A stretch of DNA of 64,000 nucleotides from a bacterium (GCA_037139515.1 JBAXGH010000001.1:16101-80100); one strand, 5' to 3'. Counted from the first letter of the stretch, positions 53,826 through 63,748 are shown. Translations and numbers: made by a program. Notes: a model not told the origin generated them from the letters alone.

Positions 53826-54764
53826 ATGAATTTTCTCAAACACAATCTGATGATTCTCATCCCCCTCACGATATGTGCAGCGCTCTTCGGCGCTCGCGTG
53901 TATCAGAAAGCCGAACAGGAACAGACGCTGGCTCAAAAGGAAAAAGCGCGCGCAGAAGCCGAAGATAAACGCAGCAAGAACGAAGCTCTGAAAGACTGGC
54001 AATATGCCTACACCGATCATACAGCGCTTCCGCAGGGTACTCAGGTAAGCTTCCCCGCGATTCCGCCACTCGTCATTTGTCGACCAGACAATGCTGGCAC
54101 CGAAGGCTGCACAATGGAACTCATGGGCAGATTCTCGTGGCTCCTATCACAGCTCCCAGAACCTTCGCGTGGCGCGCTCACCGCGTCTATCGAGAACAGT
54201 GAGGTTTTTCCCGGACTGCTCTCCGATGCCGACTATGTTGGCGCGGCGTTCATCACCGAAGAGAAAGCCTTGCCGGACGGCGGAATGCTCGTAAAACCGC
54301 GCCTCGGAGTTTCAGGAACTGCACTCATGAAAATTCCGCAGGAAAAAGGAGTCGGCGAAACCCTCGTCGCCATCCTGCACGAATACCGTCACTTCCTTCA
54401 GTGGCACGAGGATTGTCGCAGGCAAGGCAAAATCGTGAGCAATCGCGTGGACCGAAGGCGAATCTTGCCAATGAGCGAAGCAAAATGTGCACAGCACTGG
54501 GAGAATGAGCACGAGGCATACTTTGAAGGCTGCTACCGAGCCTTCAGCTGGGGGCTTCCGAGAAACAATCTCTCCGACCTCTGCGACAAGCTTGATGATC
54601 CGAGCGTAATTGCCTTCAAACGTGCACTCTTCTTCGCGCTTGGAAATACTATCGGACAAGACAAGCAACCCGAATGTCTCCCGGTTTGGGCGCGCCTCGC
54701 CGGACACCCGCACCCGGAAGCGTTTGCCGAATATTGGTCACAGCGCAAAAACAGAAACCTATGA
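53826..54764 (+). CDS. Membrane-anchored hypothetical protein, possible zincin
   Basis: N-terminal TM helix; HEYRH (HExxH) and downstream EHEAY; several Cys; own promoter and SD. Confidence 0.6.
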   Translation: MNFLKHNLMILIPLTICAALFGARVYQKAEQEQTLAQKEKARAEAEDKRSKNEALKDWQYAYTDHTALPQGTQVSFPAIPPLVICRPDNAGTEGCTMELMGRFSWLLSQLPEPSRGALTASIENSEVFPGLLSDADYVGAAFITEEKALPDGGMLVKPRLGVSGTALMKIPQEKGVGETLVAILHEYRHFLQWHEDCRRQGKIVSNRVDRRRILPMSEAKCAQHWENEHEAYFEGCYRAFSWGLPRNNLSDLCDKLDDPSVIAFKRALFFALGNTIGQDKQPECLPVWARLAGHPHPEAFAEYWSQRKNRNL

Positions 54765-54870
54765 CCCTAAGCTCCGCTTCAAAAACGGAGCTATTTTATT
54801 ATCCGATACAGCCTCGGGCATCGTATTGACAAAAATCAAAATCTTTGCGATTCTACGCCTTGCAAAACAA

Positions 54871-55719
54871 ATGCCCGTCGGGCAGAAAGCGAGTCGTACC
54901 TTGGAAATCATTGACGCACATGCTCATTTGGGCTCAAAAGCCACAGAACAGACGAGGCCCATCCTTGTGAGCGCTGACGAACTCGTCGCTTCGATGGACA
55001 AGAACGGAATCTCGAAAGCGCTCGTGATCGCACGTGCCGAGAGCGGGACTTCGAATGCCAGGCTCATGAGCGATCTCAAGCCACACCGCACGAGGCTTTT
55101 CGCGATTGCGGAAGTTGGGCCAGGAACAGAGCACGCCGACGCGCAGCTGGATTTCCTTTGGCCACTTCTGGAAGATGGTGTGATCCGTGGATTCAAGCTT
55201 TATCCCGGAAACACCAAGTGCCACTCATTCGACAAACGCCTGCACAAGTACCTTGAATCCCTGGAAGATGCCGGCCGACCGGTTATCGTCCATACCGGGG
55301 ACTGTCTCTGCCGCGTTCCAGGCTCCGACCTGGCTTTCGTGAAAGCTCGTTCAGTCGAGATTCTCGCGACGATGATGCCGGAACTCAAGATCGTGATGGC
55401 GCACGCCGGTGCCCCACACATCGCGGACACCGTCAAAGCCTGCCTCGAGCATCCGAACGTGAGCGTCGATTGCTCCGGGTTCATGCGCACGCGAACCGAC
55501 GACGAAGACGATTCTGAGACCGCCTGCGACACGCGCTGGCTCCTGACATGCTTGATGCAGCTTCTCGAGGCCATCGGACCCGAACGGATTCTCTTCGGTA
55601 CCGACTTCCCAATCGCACGACACATGCCGTACATCAAGGCCATGAACGGAATGCCGATCACGGCGGACAAGCTCGCGCTCATCATGAGCGGAAACGCCAA
55701 GCGGATTTTCGGCCTGTAA
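54871..55719 (+). CDS. Amidohydrolase_2-family metal-dependent hydrolase
   Basis: IIDAHAH, GFKLYP, VIVHTG, VMAHAG, LFGTDFP, GNAKRIF; start may be 54871 or 54901. Confidence 0.85.
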   Translation: MPVGQKASRTLEIIDAHAHLGSKATEQTRPILVSADELVASMDKNGISKALVIARAESGTSNARLMSDLKPHRTRLFAIAEVGPGTEHADAQLDFLWPLLEDGVIRGFKLYPGNTKCHSFDKRLHKYLESLEDAGRPVIVHTGDCLCRVPGSDLAFVKARSVEILATMMPELKIVMAHAGAPHIADTVKACLEHPNVSVDCSGFMRTRTDDEDDSETACDTRWLLTCLMQLLEAIGPERILFGTDFPIARHMPYIKAMNGMPITADKLALIMSGNAKRIFGL

Positions 55720-55780
55720 TCAGAACCTTTTCGCGAGTTAGTGCAACGCAAAGCGCCCCAGAATACCGGGGCGCTGTTTT

Positions 55781-56002
55781 TTATCTTGTCTGGCACTGCG
55801 CTTCAACCGCCTGCAGCCTTTGCCCCATCTCCTGCGTCATCCGAGTCAGCGCATCGCGAGTCATAAGTACGTAAACACCGAAAACCAGAACTACGACCAG
55901 CGCCACGATATTCGCAAGCCAGCCATCGTGATGATGATGATCAAACAAACTGTGAGCTCCGACTGGTTTTTTCGCCTCGACGACCTCCTTTCGTTTTGGC
56001 AT
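55781..56002 (-). CDS. Small membrane protein with His run
   Basis: HHHH followed by one TM helix and a coiled coil. Confidence 0.6.
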   Translation of the reverse strand: MPKRKEVVEAKKPVGAHSLFDHHHHDGWLANIVALVVVLVFGVYVLMTRDALTRMTQEMGQRLQAVEAQCQTR

Positions 56003-56003
56003 A

Positions 56004-56282
56004 TTATTCTTCTTTCTTGTCTTTAAAGTATTTTACAATGTGCTTGGCCGCATCACCGATAGTTCCGAGATGCGCAACCGAGTGTTCGATCCTATCTTTT
56101 ACTCCGCGAATGCCTTCATCAATTCGTTCAACCTTTTTCTGAATATCCATCATGAAAGCTTCAACTGTGCGTAGAATCACGACGAGATGATAAAGTAGCC
56201 AACAGAAAAACACCGTCACCCAAAGGATGCAGAAAGCCAGCACCAGAAAAAGAATATCCTGCGAGGTATTCACCATAGCCAC
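56004..56282 (-). CDS. Small membrane protein (TM plus coiled coil)
   Basis: DILFLVLAFCILW TM segment; directly upstream of the previous gene. Confidence 0.65.
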   Translation of the reverse strand: MAMVNTSQDILFLVLAFCILWVTVFFCWLLYHLVVILRTVEAFMMDIQKKVERIDEGIRGVKDRIEHSVAHLGTIGDAAKHIVKYFKDKKEE

Positions 56283-56351
56283 ATTTTACCACATTCCCAT
56301 TTCTTCTTCCTCTACAAAACAAAAATCAAAATCACTCAGGTACGGAAATAC

Positions 56352-56443
56352 GCGAACGGCGGTGCGCGATTCTCTCTGCGCCCTCCTCCGCGGCGTGTGA
56401 CGCCTGCGGTGAATGCTCGCGAGAATACGCGCAATCCGTTCGC
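56352..56443 (-). ncRNA. Structured motif family B, copy 2 (downstream of pheT)
   Basis: Same core as 30360-30447 with a different, complementary closing stem. Confidence 0.5.
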
Positions 56444-56482
56444 CTACTTTTCGGGCTCAAACTGTTGCGTTCGAAATGTTTT

Positions 56483-56557
56483 GAAAGTGTACGAAGCCTA
56501 TTCGTCGCTGGGCTATGGCTCCCCTCTAGCCCAGCGAGCGAATAGGTTCGCACTTTC
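56483..56557 (-). repeat. 3'-UTR hairpin family A, copy 5 (variant loop)
   Basis: Outer stem nearly identical to copy 2; loop tggctcccctc. Confidence 0.8.
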
Positions 56558-56582
56558 TGTTGCTGAGCGAGAAAAAAGAAAG

Positions 56583-58985
56583 TTAAGACCGCACTTCGGC
56601 TGCAAACCGATCACGCAAAACCTTGCGTACTTTTTCGAGCAGTTCATCTGCCTGAGCCGTGGTTAGAGTTGCATTCGGATCGCGTAATTCCAGGTGATAT
56701 GCAAGTGATTTTCGCTTCTCCCCAATCTCCGGCCCGCGATACTCATCAAACTTCTCGGCGCCAATGACCAACGCATCAACAGCCAAGAATGCCTCCATTA
56801 TTTCATCGTGAGTTAGTCTGTCCTGAACCACGAAGCTGATATCGCGTTTTATCGACGGAAAAGTCGGAATACCCATGAAAATCTTAGCGAGCTTCATGTT
56901 CGGTACAAGTTTTGCGAAATCAAACGTAAGCACGCCAGCGCGATGCTCCAGGTCGGCACCCTTTTGAACCTCAGCTCGAAGCTCGCCCACCATGCCCACC
57001 GATTCGCCGTTAATCAGAATTTCAGCTGACCGGCTCGGATGGAACAAGATATTATCAGTCATGCGCATTAACCTAAAACCCTCGAAACCGAATTTGTCGG
57101 CCAGCGTTTCTAATAACCCCTTGGCGGATGCGAATCCTTCTTCATTGTGACCATATGAAATCGCAGTAAACCGCAGACCTTCGACCGGCAAACCGGACTG
57201 TGCGGGCATAAAGACATTACCAATTTCATAGATTTTACCGCTTGGATAGCGCTCCTGATTTTCTTTGATTGCGACAAGCATGTTAGGCAAAAGCTTATCG
57301 CGAAGATGCGTGAAGTCTGAAGAAAGCGGGTTCGAGACCGCGAGAAGCGTATCAGTCGACTGACCAATAGCCTTATAAATCGCGGCGTTCGTATACGAAT
57401 AAGTCATGGTTTCGGTCCAACCAGTCGCCTCCAAAAAACTTTTCATCTCATCAATCCAGAAGAATTCGGTATTTTTAGCTTGCGCAATACGGCTCGAAAA
57501 ACCGGCCGGGAGTACCGGCTTGATATTATGGAGTCCGTAAATGCGCGCCACTTCTTCAACCAAATCACGCTCGCCCTCGATATCAAATTCACGCCAAAAC
57601 GGAACTTTCACGCTCCATTTTGTGCCTTTTCCTGAAACCACAAAACCTAAAGACTCGAGAATCTTTTTCTGCTTTTGCGCCGGGATTTTTTCACCAATAA
57701 GTGATTCGGCATAGGCTGGCCGAAAACCGTAAACATGAACCGGCGATTTCTTTGGATTCACGTCGATAATTTCCGTGAGTTCAGATTCCGGCATCAGCTC
57801 TCGCACAAGCTCAAGCGCTCGCGACATCGCCCAAGCACATCCATGTGACGACAAACCCTTCTCAAAACGCAATGAAGCTTCGGTGATCAGGTCTCGTGAA
57901 CGCGAGGTTTTGCCAACTGATCCGGGATCAAAGGCCGCCGCTTCAAATACCACCGAAATAGTTTTTTCTGTTGTACCGCTCTCCTCGCCACCAATCACGC
58001 CAGCAATCGCAATCGGTTTTACTGCATCAGCAATTACCAAATCCCTTTCATTTAAAGAATATTCTTTATTATCGAGCGCGAGCATTTTTTCACCAGGCTT
58101 GGCGCTGCGAATCTTGATTAAATCGCCTTCAAGCGCGGCGCGATCAAAAGCATGCATCGGATGTCCGATTTCAAGCATCACATAATTCGTGATGTCGACA
58201 ATATTGTTGATTGAACGGATTCCGGCCTGCGATAGTCTCGCGCGCATCCAGGCTGGAGATGGACCAACTTTGACGCCGCGAACTACGGCGCCCAAATATC
58301 GAGAACAGAGCTTTTTATTTTCAATCACGATTTTTAAACCATCGCGGACTTTCTTGGTTTTCGGAAGTCCGGATTCACTGAACGAGAAGCGCCCAAGTCC
58401 CGAAGCCGAAGCCTCGAGTGCGAGCCCAACCATCGAAAGACAATCTGGACGGTTCGTCGTGGCCTCGATATCAAAAATCGGATCTTCTAAGCCAACCGCG
58501 GTTGAAACCAAAGTTCCGGGCTTTGCTTTCGTGAAAGTTAAATCTAAAATTTCGCGCTCACCGCTCGACGGAAACAAATCCGTGAGTCCGATTTCGTTCG
58601 CGCCACAAATCATACCGTCGGATTTCACGCCGCGCAGTTCCGCGCTCGCGAGCAAGACCGGCTCGCCTTCTCCGTGCCATCTAACGCTCGACCCCGGAAG
58701 CGCGACTGCGACCAATTGCCCGACTTCCAAATTCGAACCTCCACAAACAATTTGCTGCGGTTTTTTGGCTCCGACATCAACTTGCGTGACACGAAGTTTA
58801 TCGGCATTCGGATGTTTTTCGACCGAAATCAATTTTCCGACGACGATATTTTTGAACTGGCCGGAAACGGAAATAACTTTTTCCACTCCCGGTCCGCGCA
58901 GCGAGAGTTCGCGCGCAAACTCATCCGGCGTGGCGTCGGTTTTAAGAAATTCTTTAATCCAATTGTACGAAGCGAGAATATTCAT
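56583..58985 (-). CDS. pheT: Phenylalanine-tRNA ligase beta subunit
   Basis: HPNADKL, NRPDCLS, NNIVDITNY, RFEKG, DLVEEVARIYG, KSLAY. Confidence 0.95.
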   Translation of the reverse strand: MNILASYNWIKEFLKTDATPDEFARELSLRGPGVEKVISVSGQFKNIVVGKLISVEKHPNADKLRVTQVDVGAKKPQQIVCGGSNLEVGQLVAVALPGSSVRWHGEGEPVLLASAELRGVKSDGMICGANEIGLTDLFPSSGEREILDLTFTKAKPGTLVSTAVGLEDPIFDIEATTNRPDCLSMVGLALEASASGLGRFSFSESGLPKTKKVRDGLKIVIENKKLCSRYLGAVVRGVKVGPSPAWMRARLSQAGIRSINNIVDITNYVMLEIGHPMHAFDRAALEGDLIKIRSAKPGEKMLALDNKEYSLNERDLVIADAVKPIAIAGVIGGEESGTTEKTISVVFEAAAFDPGSVGKTSRSRDLITEASLRFEKGLSSHGCAWAMSRALELVRELMPESELTEIIDVNPKKSPVHVYGFRPAYAESLIGEKIPAQKQKKILESLGFVVSGKGTKWSVKVPFWREFDIEGERDLVEEVARIYGLHNIKPVLPAGFSSRIAQAKNTEFFWIDEMKSFLEATGWTETMTYSYTNAAIYKAIGQSTDTLLAVSNPLSSDFTHLRDKLLPNMLVAIKENQERYPSGKIYEIGNVFMPAQSGLPVEGLRFTAISYGHNEEGFASAKGLLETLADKFGFEGFRLMRMTDNILFHPSRSAEILINGESVGMVGELRAEVQKGADLEHRAGVLTFDFAKLVPNMKLAKIFMGIPTFPSIKRDISFVVQDRLTHDEIMEAFLAVDALVIGAEKFDEYRGPEIGEKRKSLAYHLELRDPNATLTTAQADELLEKVRKVLRDRFAAEVRS

Positions 58986-59000
58986 AGTTCGTTCGGGCGC

Positions 59001-59072
59001 AGAGCAAGAGCTTAGGGCTTAAAGCTTAGTGATATCTCTAAGCTCTAATCTCTAAACTCTAAGCTCTAATCC
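59001..59072. repeat. Inverted heptamer tandem array
   Basis: (tagrgct)n tagtgatatc (tctaavc)n upstream of pheT. Confidence 0.8.
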
Positions 59073-59076
59073 CATT

Positions 59077-59409
59077 TTACTTCCAATTAATCATCACGAT
59101 CGCGAGCACCGCAAAGCAGTATCCGGCCATATTGAGAGCGCTGATATTCTCGCGAAAGAAGTACCAGCCAAAGAACGAAGAAAAGATAACCGCCGAAACT
59201 CCGAGCGTAATCGTGGCCTTCGAAAGCGGATATCGTGAGAGCACATAGATGAAGAATATGTGTGGCACGATCGGGAGGATATTTGCGGCTAAGAATTGCC
59301 AATCTTGCAACAAAGTCAGGTTGAATGGCTTATCCGCCATGCGTGTTTTTTTGAGAACATCCGAGAGGCTATAAAGCAGCTGTGAAAAGACAATAATGGC
59401 AACGTACAT
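59077..59409 (-). CDS. Small EamA/SMR-like membrane protein between pheS and pheT
   Basis: 4 TM helices; LS.A, G.YFFRE pattern. Confidence 0.7.
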   Translation of the reverse strand: MYVAIIVFSQLLYSLSDVLKKTRMADKPFNLTLLQDWQFLAANILPIVPHIFFIYVLSRYPLSKATITLGVSAVIFSSFFGWYFFRENISALNMAGYCFAVLAIVMINWK

Positions 59410-59419
59410 AAAGAGCGGT

Positions 59420-60493
59420 TTATAACTGCTTTAAGAAGCGGAAATCGTTTTTGTAGAGCATACGCAAATCCGGCACCGAAAGCCCCTCTTTCATCATGTA
59501 GCAGCGCTCAACACCGAAGCCAAAAGCAAAGGCACTGTACTTTTCAGGATCCACTCCGCCAGCTTTCAAAACATTCGGATGCGTCATGCCGGCGCCCCCA
59601 AGTTCAAGCCAGCCGCGCTTACAAACTCCGCATTTAACACCATTCTTCAAACCGGTACCGCCACAAATAACGCAGGAAATATCTACTTCGAAGCTCGGTT
59701 CGGTGAAGCGGAAATGATGAGGACGCAGGCGCGTTTTCCGATCAGTGCCAAAGAACGATTTAATAAAATAATCTATGACGCCTTTAAGATTAGCAAGATT
59801 CATGTTCTTATCAACACAAAAACCCTCAAACTGATGAAACATCGGGATATGAGAGATGTTCGATTCACGCCTAAAAGCTTTGCCGATGCAGACCGCGCGA
59901 ATCGGAAACTCGCCACGCTCAAGCAGACGCACCTGTGAGTTTGAGGTATGCGGAGTCAAAACCATTTTGCCGTATTTTTTATCGGTCGCGATTTCGCCTT
60001 CACGAGGTCCGACAAAGAAAGTTTCGGTTTCGTTACGCGCCGGATGATCATGCGGCATATTCAACGCTTCGAAAGCATAATGATCCCAGTCGGCTTCAAA
60101 ACCCTTCTCGCGCACAAAACCGATACGCGAAAAAATCGCCTCGATTTCGCGAGTAGCCTTGGTTATGATATGCGAATGACCAAGTTCGTGAGCAACGCCC
60201 GGGGCTGTCACATCCATCCACTCAGCCTCGGCAATAAGATTTGAAGCGCCAGCTTTCAACTTCGTATTCTGAGACACAAAAGCTGCTTCAAGTTCAGACT
60301 TGATAGAATTGACCAACTCCCCCATCTTTTTGCGATCTTCAGGCGCCAAAGCACCCAAGCCACGCATTAAACCTGATAGTTCACCCTTGCGACCGAGATA
60401 CTTAGTTTCCGCTTCACCTAGCGATTCTTCGGACTGCGCCGCATTGATTGCTTTGAGCGCAGCTTCTTTGAGCGTTTTTAGTTGTTGTTCCAT
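59420..60493 (-). CDS. pheS: Phenylalanine-tRNA ligase alpha subunit
   Basis: YLGRKG, HPAR, FHQFEG, FRFTEPS, WLELGGAG, FAFGFGVER. Confidence 0.97.
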   Translation of the reverse strand: MEQQLKTLKEAALKAINAAQSEESLGEAETKYLGRKGELSGLMRGLGALAPEDRKKMGELVNSIKSELEAAFVSQNTKLKAGASNLIAEAEWMDVTAPGVAHELGHSHIITKATREIEAIFSRIGFVREKGFEADWDHYAFEALNMPHDHPARNETETFFVGPREGEIATDKKYGKMVLTPHTSNSQVRLLERGEFPIRAVCIGKAFRRESNISHIPMFHQFEGFCVDKNMNLANLKGVIDYFIKSFFGTDRKTRLRPHHFRFTEPSFEVDISCVICGGTGLKNGVKCGVCKRGWLELGGAGMTHPNVLKAGGVDPEKYSAFAFGFGVERCYMMKEGLSVPDLRMLYKNDFRFLKQL

Positions 60494-60661
60494 AGTTAGA
60501 CCTGTTACTGAATAAATCTTTGGTCGAAAAATCGCGTTTTTCGGCTGCATCGCGCTTAAAAATGCTCGTAATACTATCAGTATTCCTGTGCTTTTATGCA
60601 CGCGATGCCGCTCTAAAAACGCGACTCTCGCCTCAAAGTTTATCAGCAACAGGTCTAACGG

Positions 60662-60693
60662 ATATTCTAACAAGATTTAGGAGAATGTCGATA
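60662..60693 (-). promoter_or_regulatory. Promoter-like direct repeat, copy upstream of pheS
   Basis: Minus-strand TCGACA-N16-TAGAAT with TG; 27/32 identical to 61548-61579. Confidence 0.6.
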
Positions 60694-60698
60694 TTTAG

Positions 60699-61541
60699 CT
60701 ATTTTAATCTTTTCTGCTCTTGCGATTTCTTAAAATTATCACCGTTCACGATTTTTTTACCGGTTTTTGATTCAATTTCTTTGCGCGCATTGCCAGCTAT
60801 ACTTCCACCCTCGCGCGCTACCGACCTATTTTCATCAAAATCCTTCGGCTCGCGCTTTTGTGAGATTTCCGTCGTCGCCGTTTCCGCGAGCATGCTCAAA
60901 ACCAATTCCATGTTAGACATGTTATCGTGAAGATTTTCTTTCTTTAAATCTTTAAGATTTTTATATTCTTTGGTCGTAAGTCCAGCCCAAGCTTTTGTGA
61001 TTTCGTCAGTCAGAATCGCAAATTCCAAACCCTCTTTCACCCCGCGCGTCTCCCACTCATTCGTGAGCGACTTGCGAATCTCGATACTCTTCAAGCGTTG
61101 ATTCACCCATTCCGGGCTATATCCTTTCTGCAAATACGTTTTAAGAGCGCGATTAATGGCGAGTTCCGGATCGGCGGCTTCTTCAAGTCGCTCATAACCG
61201 ACGCGGGCGAGCCAAAGCTTGAACGGTTCGGCATTCTGCGAAGGCACCGACTGAATCAACCGAAGCATAGTTTCGGTATCGGCGGCGTCCGTCGTGCGCA
61301 TCTTGCCGTCCGGAGCCACCATTTTCAAACCGTGACATTTTGTCACGGTTTCATTTCCACCTTCTTTTAACAGCCTTTCTTTCAACTTTCGCCAATAAGC
61401 GACCGGGTCGATACTTTTCGTTAGAACCGCAAGAACGTCAGACACCGCAAAATACCAAAGTTCTTTTTCCGCATCCCAGTGGCGACGAATCTGCTGCCCA
61501 TCGAACAAGGCAATGACTTTAGCTTTTGGGAGTTGATTCAT
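60699..61541 (-). CDS. Bro-N / phage antirepressor-like protein
   Basis: IRRHWD...WYFAVSDV, YWRKLKERL, DGKMR.TD, RLIQSVPS.NAEPFKLWLA. Confidence 0.85.
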   Translation of the reverse strand: MNQLPKAKVIALFDGQQIRRHWDAEKELWYFAVSDVLAVLTKSIDPVAYWRKLKERLLKEGGNETVTKCHGLKMVAPDGKMRTTDAADTETMLRLIQSVPSQNAEPFKLWLARVGYERLEEAADPELAINRALKTYLQKGYSPEWVNQRLKSIEIRKSLTNEWETRGVKEGLEFAILTDEITKAWAGLTTKEYKNLKDLKKENLHDNMSNMELVLSMLAETATTEISQKREPKDFDENRSVAREGGSIAGNARKEIESKTGKKIVNGDNFKKSQEQKRLK

Positions 61542-61547
61542 ATCAGA

Positions 61548-61579
61548 ATATTCTAGCAAGAACCGGGAGAATGTCGATA
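61548..61579 (-). promoter_or_regulatory. Promoter-like direct repeat, copy upstream of the Bro-N gene
   Basis: Same motif as 60662-60693. Confidence 0.6.
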
Positions 61580-61588
61580 ATAACAAAA

Positions 61589-61618
61589 GTCCCAGACCCG
61601 CGGTTGCGGTTCTGGGAC
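61589..61618 (-). terminator. GC-rich hairpin 25 nt after the orphan target gene (terminator and/or DGR homing hairpin)
   Basis: 13-bp stem with one mismatch, 4-nt loop, followed by TTTTG on the minus strand. Confidence 0.6.
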
Positions 61619-61642
61619 GGGAAGAACAGAGGGAATGAGGAC

Positions 61643-62434
61643 TTAAAGTACTGCCACGAAACGGAATGCGAAGCAGTCGTTCGAGCGCGACGGACGATAG
61701 CTGTCGACAAGCGCAAGGCCACCGAACTCACGGTTACCGACGAGGAGCCGAAAACCCGAGTCGTAACGATTATCACACCACTCCCAGGAGTATGTGCTCC
61801 CAAGATCCGGCAGATCCATCCCGCGACTCGCGCGCAGCTCGTTCATGACGTTCGCGAACAGGTTGTACTGCTCCGCTGTCATGTGGCGGAACGCGCCGGC
61901 TGTGAGGTGAAACTCGCGGTCGAGCTTCGGGTAATGCGTCTCGACGCAGTCATTCCAACTCACGCCGAACCGCGTCTTCAGACCCAGGATCTCGGTGATC
62001 TGATCCTTGTACGCGGCCTCGTCATCCCAGTTGAGCTTCGGGGTCGTATCCACGATACCCCAGAATCCTTCGATCGGCTTGCGCTCGATCTCGGATTCGT
62101 CGGTGTACTGGCCCCACTTGGGCTTCACAAAGCTGTTCGGGTAATCCGCCTCCGTGACCGACGGGAAGTACCACCACATGAGTTGGGGGTACTTTTCGAG
62201 CGCCGCCGCGGTTTCCGCGCTCACCTCCATGAGTGGCGGAACCACGATTCCCTTGCCCGGAAAAAGCTCGTCGTACAACTCCTGGAAGAACTCCTGCGGC
62301 CCGGCAAGCTTCACGCCACCCTTGGTCTTCCGGGCAATCAACGCCTGGATTTCGGCGAAAAGGCCTTCTTTAGCATCAATCTCAAGGAGTTGCCTCATCT
62401 GCCCAGTCGACATCTTCTTTTTCTTCGCTTTCAC
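61643..62434 (-). CDS. CLec-fold-like protein with VR-like C-terminus (orphan DGR target candidate)
   Basis: GGAGG SD plus GTG start; C-terminal SWEW...RL.VGN...GGL..V....P...ND..AFR. Confidence 0.7.
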   Translation of the reverse strand: MKAKKKKMSTGQMRQLLEIDAKEGLFAEIQALIARKTKGGVKLAGPQEFFQELYDELFPGKGIVVPPLMEVSAETAAALEKYPQLMWWYFPSVTEADYPNSFVKPKWGQYTDESEIERKPIEGFWGIVDTTPKLNWDDEAAYKDQITEILGLKTRFGVSWNDCVETHYPKLDREFHLTAGAFRHMTAEQYNLFANVMNELRASRGMDLPDLGSTYSWEWCDNRYDSGFRLLVGNREFGGLALVDSYRPSRSNDCFAFRFVAVL

Positions 62435-62573
62435 GAGAACCTCCAAACCATCCGCGGGAGCACAAGTGACAGCGCCGTATGCGCCAGCATTTTGGTTACC
62501 CTTTGGACAGCCGACACATAATCGCATATTTTAGCGAAGATGTCAATATACAATAACAAAATCAAGGGAATCA

Positions 62574-62597
62574 AGACCCCTCGGCTTCGGGATGACA
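62574..62597. repeat. REP-like palindrome
   Basis: agacccctcggcttcgggatgaca; one mismatch to 39917-39940. Confidence 0.8.
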
Positions 62598-62641
62598 ACT
62601 TTAAGGCTCTAGATAACAACAAAGGACTTTTTACAGCCAAA

Positions 62642-63739
62642 TCACATCCCAACCAACCCCTTCAGTCCACCTAAAATACCGGCGCCGTAGCGCGCCACAT
62701 CTTTCAGTGTGATGACTGCAACCAGCAACATGAGTAGAAAGAATCCGACGGTGTGAAAAACATTTTCGATTTTGGCGGCGACTTTTCGACCGCGGGCGGC
62801 GGCAATCGCGACAAACAACAAACGTCCGCCATCAAGCGCCGGGAACGGCACGATATTCAAGACTGCCAAATTTATCGAAAGCATCGCGGCAAATTGCAAC
62901 AGGTGCATGAATCCAAGTTTTGCGACCTGGCCGGTAATCACCGCGATACCAATCGGACCAGAAACTTCACCCACTCCCCGACCACGGAAAATCCCGCTAA
63001 TCAAATCACCGAAAGCCGCAAAAGTCCCGACCGTAATCGCATAAGTGGTTTTTGAGGCTTCAACCAGAGCGCGAATCGGACCGTATGACACGACACCGGT
63101 TTCAACCAAACCGACTCCGATTCCGTAGCGCGCAGTGCCATCTATCAATTTTTTTTCGATTTTCAAAACGCGGGTTTCACCGTTCACAACTTCAACTTCG
63201 ACCGTGCCCGGCTTATCGGATTGAGCAGCCTTGATAAAATCACCATAATTCAAAACCGGTGTGCCGTTTGCTGACTTGATGCTATATCCTGGCGCGATTC
63301 CAGCTTTGTCGGCCGGCGAACCAGCAACCACCTGCTCGATCATGAGTTTCCTGTCACTCACGGCGGCGTCCGAAGGCAGACCTTCAACCGCCATCGGAAA
63401 ACCGGAAATATAACCAATCCAAAACAATAACAATGCCAAAACCAGGTTCATGAAAACCCCGGCCACCAAAATAATCGCTTTTTGCCAAAGCGGTTTCACG
63501 AAAAAACTATCCTGCTCATTAGCTTCTTCGGATTCACCCTTGATTTTCACAAAGCCGCCAAGCGGAATCCAATTCAAGCTCCACAAAGTTTTTCCTTTTT
63601 TAAAACCCCAGGCGCGCGGCGGAAAACCGAAACCGAATTCTTCAACCGCACAGCCAAATAATCGCGCCGTCAGATAGTGTCCACATTCATGAAAAAGCAC
63701 TAAGAGCGAAAGAACCAGCAAAAAAATCAGCAAAGTCAT
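62642..63739 (-). CDS. rseP: RIP metalloprotease RseP (site-2 protease with PDZ)
   Basis: HECGH, IPLGGFV, AGVFMN, PDZ (GSPA..AG), NIVPFPALDGG. Confidence 0.93.
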   Translation of the reverse strand: MTLLIFLLVLSLLVLFHECGHYLTARLFGCAVEEFGFGFPPRAWGFKKGKTLWSLNWIPLGGFVKIKGESEEANEQDSFFVKPLWQKAIILVAGVFMNLVLALLLFWIGYISGFPMAVEGLPSDAAVSDRKLMIEQVVAGSPADKAGIAPGYSIKSANGTPVLNYGDFIKAAQSDKPGTVEVEVVNGETRVLKIEKKLIDGTARYGIGVGLVETGVVSYGPIRALVEASKTTYAITVGTFAAFGDLISGIFRGRGVGEVSGPIGIAVITGQVAKLGFMHLLQFAAMLSINLAVLNIVPFPALDGGRLLFVAIAAARGRKVAAKIENVFHTVGFFLLMLLVAVITLKDVARYGAGILGGLKGLVGM

Positions 63740-63748
63740 AGGACGCTA

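Noticed and set aside
60494-60660. T-box riboswitch upstream of pheS
   Set aside because: No recognisable T-box consensus or terminator/antiterminator pair.
61643-61800. Second VR served by TR 26463-26604
   Set aside because: No alignable nucleotide or amino-acid similarity to the local TR beyond a generic C-terminal pattern.
60699-62434. Prophage remnant
   Set aside because: Only a Bro-N gene and a CLec-like gene; no integrase, structural or replication genes.
61526-62521. 331-aa plus-strand ORF
   Set aside because: Antisense shadow of the CLec-like gene, which has a promoter, SD and terminator on the minus strand.
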